Notes under the pieces: model-generated
Told to the model about the DNA's origin: nothing
What the model saw: only the letters and a program-made list of their open reading frames with translations
Databases searched by the model: none
Virus record (IMG/VR): IMGVR_UViG_3300021164_001320
Span: 1-34,718 of that record
Origin: a virus
Direction: 5' to 3' (one strand)
DNA length: 34,718 nucleotides
Translations under genes and position numbers: made by a program
Part shown: piece after piece, positions 21,976-30,817 of the stretch
Layout of the letters: each line of letters opens with the position of its first letter
Position numbering within the stretch: the stretch's first letter is position 1

Positions 21976-24044
21976 TGCCAAGAATCCCGATGGGTAATTT
22001 TGGTAAAGCAATGCCTGAAGTTCAACGTATTGCAGTACCTCAAAACAACTTAGATCAGCTTGGTTCCGCCATTGCTAACGCTGGAAGTTCTGTACATGGT
22101 GCATTTCAGGAAATCGATAAGCAAAAACAAGAGGCTGAACTCAGTGCCAAACGCCTTGAGCTGTACAACAACGAACTAGCCAAGCAAGAAGCAAAAGTTA
22201 AGCTTGATGACATCATGACCACTGAAATGAATGAGCAAGTTACGCTTGTTAAAAACGGTGTGTCGAATGGTGATTACAATGCTAAGGCTGGGCAAGATGC
22301 TTTAAACAAATGGTCAGAAGATCGATACAAGCAAATTGAATCGGAACTCCCAGAGTTTGCACGTCCAGATTTAAACAACTACTGGCGTGATAATGTGAAT
22401 CGTCAGGCTTCAGGTTTATTGCCACTGCAGCTTCGTGCCGATATGCAAAAAGGTGTTGTGCTGGCAGATCGCTATGGTGAAATAGCTTCACGTTATGACC
22501 GCAAGCAAGGACGTACATATTTAGAAACCAATCTTGCAAGCTTGAATCTACCTGCGGCGGATGTACAAGCACGGGTAAATGCTTTTGAATCGGGCCAAGA
22601 CATTCTTGAAATTGAAGGTGCTATTTCCAGCGCTGTAGAGAACAAAGATACCAATTCATTGCGCCAGTTGATTACCAAAATGGATAATGGTGGTTTTGGT
22701 TATACCGATGGGCAAACATTACAGCAAAAGAAAAATCAGGTTTTAAGCCGTATTGATGCCATTGATACCCAAGTACGAGTTGAAGAAAATAAGCGCAATT
22801 CAGAGGCTACCAAGCTCTTGAATGACTATAAAGCCAACGTACTAACAGGCCGTGCTCAAGACTCAGAATATGAGAACAATGTGGGTAAGGCTGTAGCGGG
22901 AACTGAAAGCGAAACTGAGTTTAAATTTCTGCAAAAGCAGTCGGTAAATTTTCAGCGTTTTGCCAATAAATCTACATCTGAACAGCAAAGACTGATCAAT
23001 GAACAAAAGGCAAAAATGAAAAATACACCATCTGCTAATGCTGCAGATGAAGAAAAGATTTTGAATGCATATGAGGATATTTATAAATCCAAGCTACAGA
23101 CGGCTAAAACCAACCCTAATCAGGTCGTTCGTGAAGCAGGCTTGCAAGTGCATAGCTTAGGTGGAAACACGCTTAAATCGAATCCTAGTGAATGGATTGA
23201 TGGTGCGGTGGATAACGGTATTAGTCAGTTATCTTTAAAAGATGCCAATATCACTTTAAAGCCCATTTCTGAGGAAGATTTGCCCGAAGCAAAGAAAGCC
23301 TTTGATGGTATGGGGGTCAATGAAAAGCTTAATTTTATTAGTGGTCTAATCTCTAAATCCAAAGGGCATCCAAGAGGCGCAAGCATTTGGGGAGCCGTGC
23401 TAGGTCAGTTAGGGTCAGGCGATCAAAACTATGTAGCTGCTGGACTGGCAAAAATGAACGGCTATGGCAGTGATGCAGGCAGACCGCTAGCAACCTCAAT
23501 TATTAACGGCACACAAATTCTAAAAAACAAACAGCTTATCATGCCTAAGGATGCAGACTTAAAAGCCGCATTTAACAACTATGTGGGTAATACCGTTTCA
23601 GGTACGAGTGCCAATAATGCTTATAACGTGTTCCGCGCTGTGTATGCCGACACTATGGAAGCGCGGAATTTACAGCATGACAAAGCGGATGAGTTGCCGA
23701 ATAAAGAAGTGCTGAAATTTGCTTTGGCTTCTGCCACTGGCGGTGTTCATCAACAGTCAGGAACATTTAAAAATTATATGGGTGGAAAGCTACAGGATTG
23801 GAAAGTAGCTATGCCTTATGGAATGACCGATGATGCTTTTGAAAGTCGTCTCGATGCAGGCTATGCATCACTGGCTAAGCACACAGGTATGACTGAAGCA
23901 GAGCTTAAAACCTTACGTTTACGTCAATCACCAGTGCGTAGCAAAAAGGGTGAGATTCAATACGATTTACTTAATGAGCGTGGCAATCCATTGCAGATCG
24001 ATGGTGTTAATTGGCGAATCATGATTAATGGGGCGACTAAATAA
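21975..24044 (+). CDS. Internal virion / ejection protein (gp15-position)
   Basis: TAATG coupling at both ends. The start was moved from GTG 21966 to ATG 21975, which has AAGGGG 8 nt upstream. Confidence 0.55.
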   Translation: MPRIPMGNFGKAMPEVQRIAVPQNNLDQLGSAIANAGSSVHGAFQEIDKQKQEAELSAKRLELYNNELAKQEAKVKLDDIMTTEMNEQVTLVKNGVSNGDYNAKAGQDALNKWSEDRYKQIESELPEFARPDLNNYWRDNVNRQASGLLPLQLRADMQKGVVLADRYGEIASRYDRKQGRTYLETNLASLNLPAADVQARVNAFESGQDILEIEGAISSAVENKDTNSLRQLITKMDNGGFGYTDGQTLQQKKNQVLSRIDAIDTQVRVEENKRNSEATKLLNDYKANVLTGRAQDSEYENNVGKAVAGTESETEFKFLQKQSVNFQRFANKSTSEQQRLINEQKAKMKNTPSANAADEEKILNAYEDIYKSKLQTAKTNPNQVVREAGLQVHSLGGNTLKSNPSEWIDGAVDNGISQLSLKDANITLKPISEEDLPEAKKAFDGMGVNEKLNFISGLISKSKGHPRGASIWGAVLGQLGSGDQNYVAAGLAKMNGYGSDAGRPLATSIINGTQILKNKQLIMPKDADLKAAFNNYVGNTVSGTSANNAYNVFRAVYADTMEARNLQHDKADELPNKEVLKFALASATGGVHQQSGTFKNYMGGKLQDWKVAMPYGMTDDAFESRLDAGYASLAKHTGMTEAELKTLRLRQSPVRSKKGEIQYDLLNERGNPLQIDGVNWRIMINGATK

Positions 24045-26896
24045 TGAATTGGCTCAGTGAAATCGATGATAGCGAACAGCAATCTATCAATGAAATGAAT
24101 GCAGGCGGTTTGGGTAAAGCACCCAAGCAACCTAAAAAAGAAGTTGGCTTATTTGATGGCGCTGCAACTGCTATCCCACGTGGCGTGGCTGCGGGCGCTG
24201 TCAAAGTTTATGACACAGCTAAGAAACCTTTTGAGCGCGTTGCTGATCATTTGCAGTATTCAATTGATGATGTACGAAATGGCGGCTTAGATGGGGCTTT
24301 GGATGTACGTGAAAAATCATTTTCAGATGTACATGAGGAAAAAAACAAAGACCGTCGTGACGACCTAGTGATGGAGGTTGAAGAGTTGCAAGATGCGCCA
24401 AACTCAGGGCTAGTCGGCAATATTCTTTTTGGTGTTTCTGATTATGCTACCCGAGCCTTGGCAGGTGCTCCACTTGGACCAGTGGGTGCAGCACTGACTA
24501 CAGGTGTGACTGAGGTCAATTACAGCCGTGAAGATTTAATTCAAAAAGGTGTTGATGAAGATACCGCAACTACAACAGCTTTGATCGATGGTGGCGTTGC
24601 AGCAGCTTCAACAATTCTACCTATTAGCTATGGTTTTAAAGGTACAAGTGGGCTTGTCAAAGATGCAGCTCTATCGATTGGCGGGGCAACGGCTTTGTCT
24701 ACTGCGGGCCAATATGCTAGTGGTCAGGTGCTTAAGTCTGAGGGCTATGATAACCAGGCCAAAAAGTATGAAGTCACAGGAGAGAGTGTCGGCACGGATT
24801 TAGCCCTAAATGCGCTTATGTTTGGTGGTGCGCGTGGTGCAAGTTATTATTTAAATCGAACCCCTGAGCAAATCGAGGCTGATGTAACACGCGAACAAGC
24901 AGCGCTAGTGCAGAACAGTCTTGAGCATGAATCCGGCTTGGCACCAGTTAATCCTGCAAATCCAATTCAGGCGAATAACCATTTAAAGAATTTAGATGAA
25001 GCGCAAACCAATTTGCGTTTAGGGCGACCAGTCAACGTACAGCATCCCGTTAAAGGTGAGGAAAAGCAAAAGTCTGTTAATTATGACTCTATGGCTTTAC
25101 CCACCAATGCCAAAACAATTGCACGTAAAGCACGGCAAGCCGGGATTCCTCCAAATGTAGCTTTAACCATTGCACACATTGAAACTGGAGGAACATTCAG
25201 CCATACAGCCAAAAACCCAACATCATCCGCACACGGTCTGTTTCAGGTGCTGGATAAGTCGTGGAGTAACTTGGGCGGTGGTGATCGATCCAATATTGAT
25301 GAGCAGATCCGTATCGGCTTCAAACATATGAAGCAGGCAGAAAGCCATATCAAGAAAAGTATTGGCCGTGAGCTGCAACCACATGAGCATTATTTAGGGC
25401 ATTTACTTGGACCAGGTGGCGCATCCGCAGTATTAAAAGCAGATCCAAATACGCCATTAATTGATGTAGTACGCAAATACGATCCAAAGAATGCTGATGC
25501 AGTTGTTACTAATAATGCCATGCAAGGCATGACAGTCGGGCAGGCGATTGGTAAGTGGCGCAACAAATGGAACAGTTTAAGCGCTCGATATGGCGGCAAT
25601 GGCACCAGTACTGCAATTGGTATGGATGGATCTAGTTATGATATGGCCTATGAGGTCAAATCACTGGACGAACTAATTGCATCTAATGACCTGGCTTATG
25701 GTGTGAATCCGCTTTATCCATCTGAACTACAACCACGTGACCGTACCCGGGAAGCATCACGTCAACAGATTGAACGTATGGCAGAGGATCTGCGACCTGA
25801 GTTGCTTGGCGAATCTCCAAAGCTGTCTGATGGTGCACCGATTATCGGCATGGATAATGTGGTTGAGTCTGGTAACGGTCGTACACTGGCCATTGCAAAA
25901 GCTTATGAGTCGGGCCGTGCTGAAGAATATCGGGCATTCCTGGAACAATATGCAGCAGAGCGCGGTATTGATATTGCTGGTATTAATAATCCTGTTTTAG
26001 TCCGGACGCGTTTAACTGATACCGACCGTACGCAATTCGCAAAACTGGCCAATGAATCCGATGTTGCGCAGTACTCCGCAACAGAACGTGCTGTGAGTGA
26101 CTCAGATCGTCTGCCTGATGCTTCTTTGCTAAAGATCAATAATGATGGCTCAATTAATTTAGATGGCTCTATGGACTTTGTACGCGGTTTTGTGGGGTCA
26201 TTGCCAAAGTCAGAACAGGGCACAGTGATTACCGGTGACGGACGATTAAGCCAGGAAGGAAAGCGCCGTATTGAATCTGCAATCATGCAACGCACCTATG
26301 AGGATTCTTCACTGATTGGCCGTATGGCTGAGAATCTGGACGATGACAGCAAGACTGTATTGAATGCCTTGTTACGTGCTGCACCACAATTGGCACAGCT
26401 TGATAGCTTAGTGAAGCAGGGTGGTCGTCATCAAAACACTTTGGCAAAAGACTTGGCACAGGCAGCGCAAAAGCTCAGTGATCTGAAAGCCAATGGCCAG
26501 ACCGTACCAGATTATTTAAATCAGGGTCAGCTCCTCGAGGACGGTTTAAGTGATGGTGCAAAGCAGTTTTTAAACGTGTTTGATACTAATAAACGCAGTG
26601 CTAAGGCCATTTCAGACAACATTCAAAGTGAGATTGACCGGATCGAGGGAATGGGCGATCCGCGACAAGGTTCGCTCTTTGGTGATGGTCCAGAAGAATC
26701 AGCCGCTTTGGATATCATCATGCAGAATCCAGATCAGCAAATTTCAGTCAGTCGTATGCGACCAGATGGGGAAATGGAAGAAATTACCATGTCTTTACGT
26801 GAACGACTGGATGAGCTGGAGGCGGAAGCACGTCAGGCACAAGAAGATACTTTGGCTGCGCAAACGGCCATTAGTTGTGCTTTACAGTTTGGTTGA
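24044..26896 (+). CDS. Internal virion polyvalent protein: SLT lytic transglycosylase domain plus ParB/Srx-like domain
   Basis: SLT motif IAHIETGGTF...AHGLFQV at about nt 25150-25260. ParB-like ELQPRDRTREASRQQIERMAEDLRPELL...APIIGMDNVVESGNGRTLAIAKAY at about nt 25720-25900. Confidence 0.7.
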   Translation: MNWLSEIDDSEQQSINEMNAGGLGKAPKQPKKEVGLFDGAATAIPRGVAAGAVKVYDTAKKPFERVADHLQYSIDDVRNGGLDGALDVREKSFSDVHEEKNKDRRDDLVMEVEELQDAPNSGLVGNILFGVSDYATRALAGAPLGPVGAALTTGVTEVNYSREDLIQKGVDEDTATTTALIDGGVAAASTILPISYGFKGTSGLVKDAALSIGGATALSTAGQYASGQVLKSEGYDNQAKKYEVTGESVGTDLALNALMFGGARGASYYLNRTPEQIEADVTREQAALVQNSLEHESGLAPVNPANPIQANNHLKNLDEAQTNLRLGRPVNVQHPVKGEEKQKSVNYDSMALPTNAKTIARKARQAGIPPNVALTIAHIETGGTFSHTAKNPTSSAHGLFQVLDKSWSNLGGGDRSNIDEQIRIGFKHMKQAESHIKKSIGRELQPHEHYLGHLLGPGGASAVLKADPNTPLIDVVRKYDPKNADAVVTNNAMQGMTVGQAIGKWRNKWNSLSARYGGNGTSTAIGMDGSSYDMAYEVKSLDELIASNDLAYGVNPLYPSELQPRDRTREASRQQIERMAEDLRPELLGESPKLSDGAPIIGMDNVVESGNGRTLAIAKAYESGRAEEYRAFLEQYAAERGIDIAGINNPVLVRTRLTDTDRTQFAKLANESDVAQYSATERAVSDSDRLPDASLLKINNDGSINLDGSMDFVRGFVGSLPKSEQGTVITGDGRLSQEGKRRIESAIMQRTYEDSSLIGRMAENLDDDSKTVLNALLRAAPQLAQLDSLVKQGGRHQNTLAKDLAQAAQKLSDLKANGQTVPDYLNQGQLLEDGLSDGAKQFLNVFDTNKRSAKAISDNIQSEIDRIEGMGDPRQGSLFGDGPEESAALDIIMQNPDQQISVSRMRPDGEMEEITMSLRERLDELEAEARQAQEDTLAAQTAISCALQFG

Positions 26897-26983
26897 CTAT
26901 TAATTTGAATTAATTAGTATTTTGTATTATAAATTGGGGACTTAATAATTTGTGAACAGCTTAAAATATTCAGGAATAAATTT

Positions 26984-27241
26984 ATGAGCGATCAAAAAAA
27001 ACACTGGTACATTGTACATGGATCATTTAAAAACCCGAATCTTGAACATGATCTTGATCAGAGCTTCAATGGAGATTTTAGCTTAAGTTCTTCAAAAATT
27101 ACTAAATCAACTTTGGAGAAAGTACGTCTTTCTTTAGTGGATTTTATTAAAAATAACAATCCTGGAGTGGCGGTTAAAGATTTCCGGATTAACTCAATTT
27201 CATATCTTGGTGAGATGACCCAAGAAGAGTTTAACTCTTAG
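26984..27241 (+). CDS. Hypothetical 85-aa AT-rich accessory protein
   Basis: Preceded by an 87-nt AT-rich spacer. Followed by a CA-box plus terminator. Confidence 0.6.
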   Translation: MSDQKKHWYIVHGSFKNPNLEHDLDQSFNGDFSLSSSKITKSTLEKVRLSLVDFIKNNNPGVAVKDFRINSISYLGEMTQEEFNS

Positions 27242-27271
27242 TTGATCACTCAACAAACCCAATTCAAAACC

Positions 27272-27305
27272 ATGCTCAGATGATGAAAATTATCTGGGCA
27301 TTTTT
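27272..27305 (+). terminator. Terminator-like hairpin before the ATG at 27309 (CA-box at 27247-27259)
   Basis: ATGCTCAGAT...ATCTGGGCAT stem followed by T5. Confidence 0.65.
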
Positions 27306-27308
27306 ATT

Positions 27309-29849
27309 ATGAAAGACCAATGCAAGGCCGCCGTAGCAAAAGCACTCGGCAAGGCCACACTAAACCAGCAAGAAGCCACCAACATTGAAAATCGGATCAA
27401 GGACGCGATGAAGTCTTTGGCCAAACAAGATATTAATAACTGGCGCAATTTATCCGATGCTGAAAAACTGGTGAAAGCCGGTGAGTTTGTGGCACAGGAT
27501 ATTCAGGCGCAATTAAAACGAAAGCATGCCATTGCCGCACGTGACATTCTCACTCAGAACAAAAACCTTGCACAGCTTGATCATCCGACCTTATCTGCAT
27601 CCGAAGTCGTGGACCGCATGGTTGCCCCGCATGGTGATATGTCTGGTATCCAATCCATCGACTCCAAAGCACGTGCAATCGCATCCGTTTACCGTGGTGA
27701 GCTGGTGGACTTCTATACCAATGTTAAAGGCGGTTTAGGTGTGTTTACCGATGCAGAACTGGTGCAGAAAATTGTCCGAGAACGATTCAGTGACAATACC
27801 GGCGATCCATTGGCCAAGAAGATCAGCGACAAAATGGGCGAAGTCTTTGATGGTATGCGCGAACGCTTCAACCGTGCCGGTGGTGATATTGGAAAGCTGG
27901 ATGATTGGGGATTGCCCCAGACACACAGCCTTGAAAAGATTGTATTAGCTGGCAAACAGGCTTGGGTACAAAAAGCAGAAGGCTTAATCGACACTTCTAA
28001 ATATGTGCATGAAGATGGTTCATATTATTCACAGCAAGAGATCCGTGAATTGCTTGAATACTCATTCGACACCTTGAGCAGCAACGGTGCCAATAAAACC
28101 GAAATTGGTCGTCAGTCCTTTGGTGGTAATTCCAAAGTCACCAGTCGTCATTCTGAAAGCCGTGTGCTGCATTTTAAAGATGCTGAATCATGGATGGAAT
28201 ACCAGTATGAATTTGGCGGCATGCCGTTTGTAGATCTGATCGAGGCGCACGTAAATGGACTATCTAAAGATATTGCTATGGTGGAAAATCTTGGCAGTAG
28301 TCCCAAAAATTCCATGCGTATTTTGATGGATGCAGCAGAGCAAAAGGACTGGCAAAATGGATTGGATGCAGATACCACAGGCAAGTCGCGTAAACGCGCA
28401 CAGACTATGTTTGATGAGTTCACTGGCCAGAATACACCGCAATCCGAAGTGTTAGCCAATCTCGGTCTTGCATACCGATCAATGAACGTGGCATCCATGC
28501 TGGGCGGCACCACAATTTCATCCGTCACCGATCAGGCTATGATTGCCAAGACTGCATCAGTGCATGGCATTGCTTTCCGCAAAACCTTTGGCGAATTGCT
28601 CACGCAGTTAAATCCGAAAAATAAAGAAGATCGGGAGTTGGCGCACAGCTTAGGCTTGGCCACTGAGGAAATGTTAGGCAGTATCGCGCGCTGGTCAGAT
28701 GATGGATTAACTTCCGTACATGGCAAGTCACAGAAGTTGGCTCGAGTGTCTAGTGGTATTGCTTCACAGGTTATGCGCGTTTCAGGGCTGAATGCACTCA
28801 CAGCCGCCTCAAAAGTCGGTTTTACCAAAATGCTTATGGAGAAATACGGACGTTTAAGCCGATCTAAAGCATGGGCTGATCTGGACGCAATGGATCGTGA
28901 GCTCATGGAAAAAACAGGACTAAACGAACGAGCATGGGAGGTCATGCGTCTGGCTGATCCGGTCGTGGATCGTAAAGGCAATCAGTTAATGTCAGCGCGT
29001 TCAATCTATGAAATACCAGATAATCAATTGACTCAATTTGGCGACCCACAAAAGGTGCGTGATGAAGTGGCCACACAATTTCAGGCACATTTGTTAGATG
29101 AACAGGGCATGGCCGTGGTTGAAGCCGGATTGCGTGAACGGACATGGATGACACCAGGTATGCGAAAAGGCACAGCCATGGGTGAGATTGTGAAATCCAT
29201 GCTGCAATTCAAATCGTTCTCGGCAGCATTCCTTATGCGTCATGGTAGCCGAACAATGGCACAGCAAGGCATGCAAGGAAAGGCTGCTTATGCAATTCCA
29301 TTGATTGCTATGACTACTGTTTTAGGTGGCTTGGTGGTGCAACTCAAAGAACTGGTGAATGGTAATGATCCAGCTACAATGTGGGATAGTGACGATCCGG
29401 ACAAGACGATTGACTTCATGAAGCGCTCATTTGTTGCAGGAGGTGGTTTGCCGGTACTAGGTGATATTTTAATTGCAGGAACTGATACCAGTGGGCGTGA
29501 TGCTGGTGATTTTATTGCAGGCCCATTTGGATCAGATTTTAAATCTTTACTATCGCTGACGGTTGGGAATGCAACACAACTATCAGACGGCACAGACACC
29601 AATGCAGGCAATGAAACCTTTAAATTTCTGAAAGGTAAAATCCCAGCACAAAACTTGTGGTACACCAAAGCTGCAACCAATCGAATGATTTTTGATGAAA
29701 TGCAGGATATTATTGCACCGGGATATAGAGAAAAGCTTTTAAGAAAAGCTGAGCGTGAACATGATCGTATGCGCTTTTTAGGAGATTTTAGTTGGGGTTC
29801 GGGTTTTGATGAAGCTAGAACGCCTGATTTTGAGAGGATGGTAGATTGA
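27309..29849 (+). CDS. Large internal virion / ejection protein (gp16-position) with C-terminal hydrophobic segments
   Basis: 846 aa. Hydrophobic segment AYAIPLIAMTTVLGGLVVQL. The position fits. Confidence 0.55.
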   Translation: MKDQCKAAVAKALGKATLNQQEATNIENRIKDAMKSLAKQDINNWRNLSDAEKLVKAGEFVAQDIQAQLKRKHAIAARDILTQNKNLAQLDHPTLSASEVVDRMVAPHGDMSGIQSIDSKARAIASVYRGELVDFYTNVKGGLGVFTDAELVQKIVRERFSDNTGDPLAKKISDKMGEVFDGMRERFNRAGGDIGKLDDWGLPQTHSLEKIVLAGKQAWVQKAEGLIDTSKYVHEDGSYYSQQEIRELLEYSFDTLSSNGANKTEIGRQSFGGNSKVTSRHSESRVLHFKDAESWMEYQYEFGGMPFVDLIEAHVNGLSKDIAMVENLGSSPKNSMRILMDAAEQKDWQNGLDADTTGKSRKRAQTMFDEFTGQNTPQSEVLANLGLAYRSMNVASMLGGTTISSVTDQAMIAKTASVHGIAFRKTFGELLTQLNPKNKEDRELAHSLGLATEEMLGSIARWSDDGLTSVHGKSQKLARVSSGIASQVMRVSGLNALTAASKVGFTKMLMEKYGRLSRSKAWADLDAMDRELMEKTGLNERAWEVMRLADPVVDRKGNQLMSARSIYEIPDNQLTQFGDPQKVRDEVATQFQAHLLDEQGMAVVEAGLRERTWMTPGMRKGTAMGEIVKSMLQFKSFSAAFLMRHGSRTMAQQGMQGKAAYAIPLIAMTTVLGGLVVQLKELVNGNDPATMWDSDDPDKTIDFMKRSFVAGGGLPVLGDILIAGTDTSGRDAGDFIAGPFGSDFKSLLSLTVGNATQLSDGTDTNAGNETFKFLKGKIPAQNLWYTKAATNRMIFDEMQDIIAPGYREKLLRKAEREHDRMRFLGDFSWGSGFDEARTPDFERMVD

Positions 29850-30415
29850 GAGATATATTAACTATTTTTATTTTTATTGTTTTTTCTACTACTAGCAATG
29901 CTGAAAGCACTATAGCGAAGATATTCAATTTAGATGATGCCCCAAAGATCGGAAATATTAATAATCTTGCGACCCTTTCTTACAAGGAAGGAGATGAGTT
30001 ACACCTGTTTGTATTTGATGAGGGTATTAATCCTTACGATGATGGGGATGCATTTTGGTTTCTACGATGTAATCAGTATCTAAATGATAAAAATCTTGAG
30101 CAAGTCACTTGCGGTGCAACCAGAAATGGTTTTTTAATCCTACTAACTTCAAGTGGATTTCTAATCCAAATGGAAGATAAGCCTAGGTTGACCGGAAAAT
30201 ATAATATCGCTTTTGATAAAAACTCGATTTTTGAGGTGAATTATCGAATTATTGCCCCGACTGAGGTTAAAAACTTTCTAGCCAAAATGTTTAATGCCAA
30301 GGAAATGCAGTATTCAGTGAAAGATAAAAATGGAAAATATGTACATCAGAAAATTTCTGTGGAAAACTCTCAGTTAGTCTTGTCCCTCTTGAAGGATATG
30401 AGGGAATACTATTAA
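29846..30415 (+). CDS. AT-rich secreted/periplasmic accessory protein (189 aa)
   Basis: TTG start overlapping the upstream stop, with GAGGA 8 nt upstream. Signal peptide MRDILTIFIFIVFSTTSNA-ES. Confidence 0.6.
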   Translation: MRDILTIFIFIVFSTTSNAESTIAKIFNLDDAPKIGNINNLATLSYKEGDELHLFVFDEGINPYDDGDAFWFLRCNQYLNDKNLEQVTCGATRNGFLILLTSSGFLIQMEDKPRLTGKYNIAFDKNSIFEVNYRIIAPTEVKNFLAKMFNAKEMQYSVKDKNGKYVHQKISVENSQLVLSLLKDMREYY

Positions 30416-30442
30416 GTAAAATACCCAACAAACCACAATTTA

Positions 30443-30479
30443 TCCCCCTGTATATATCACTTATACAGGGGGATTTTTT
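30443..30479 (+). terminator. Terminator-like hairpin abutting the ATG at 30480 (CA-box at 30422-30434)
   Basis: TCCCCCTGTATA...TATACAGGGGGA stem followed by T6. Confidence 0.75.
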
Positions 30480-30815
30480 ATGGCGGAACAAAAGAAGCAA
30501 GGCCACTTAAAGGCTGAAACACGTGAGAAGTTAAAACTGTCATTGGAAATGTCTGCTGAAGATGCAGTTGATTTAATGACTGAAGCTTATGGGCAAGACA
30601 TTTTTGATAAGAAAGGGCGTGGCGATAAGGTTTGGCTTTATAAGGGAGCCAAAGAAGCATTGTCATGCATGGAGAAAATTAAACGTGTATTGAATGATGA
30701 GGAAATGACTCGGGGTAATACCGATGATCGTGCCATCACACCTGAACAACAAGCAATGGAGCTGCTTAAAGCTGTGACAGAAAAATTAGAAGCACGTAAG
30801 CAACGTCCGAGCTAA
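30480..30815 (+). CDS. Terminase small subunit (by position)
   Basis: 111-aa charged protein immediately upstream of terL. Confidence 0.45.
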   Translation: MAEQKKQGHLKAETREKLKLSLEMSAEDAVDLMTEAYGQDIFDKKGRGDKVWLYKGAKEALSCMEKIKRVLNDEEMTRGNTDDRAITPEQQAMELLKAVTEKLEARKQRPS

Positions 30816-30817
30816 TT

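Noticed and set aside
28532-28981. 149-aa minus-strand ORF, plus similar antisense ORFs at 29288-29680, 28148-28528, 25903-26295, 12973-13320, 916-1281 and 9190-9477
   Set aside because: They are antisense to long, well-supported plus-strand genes. They are Ser/Arg/Pro-rich, as is typical of reverse-frame translation. They have no ribosome-binding sites and no operon context.
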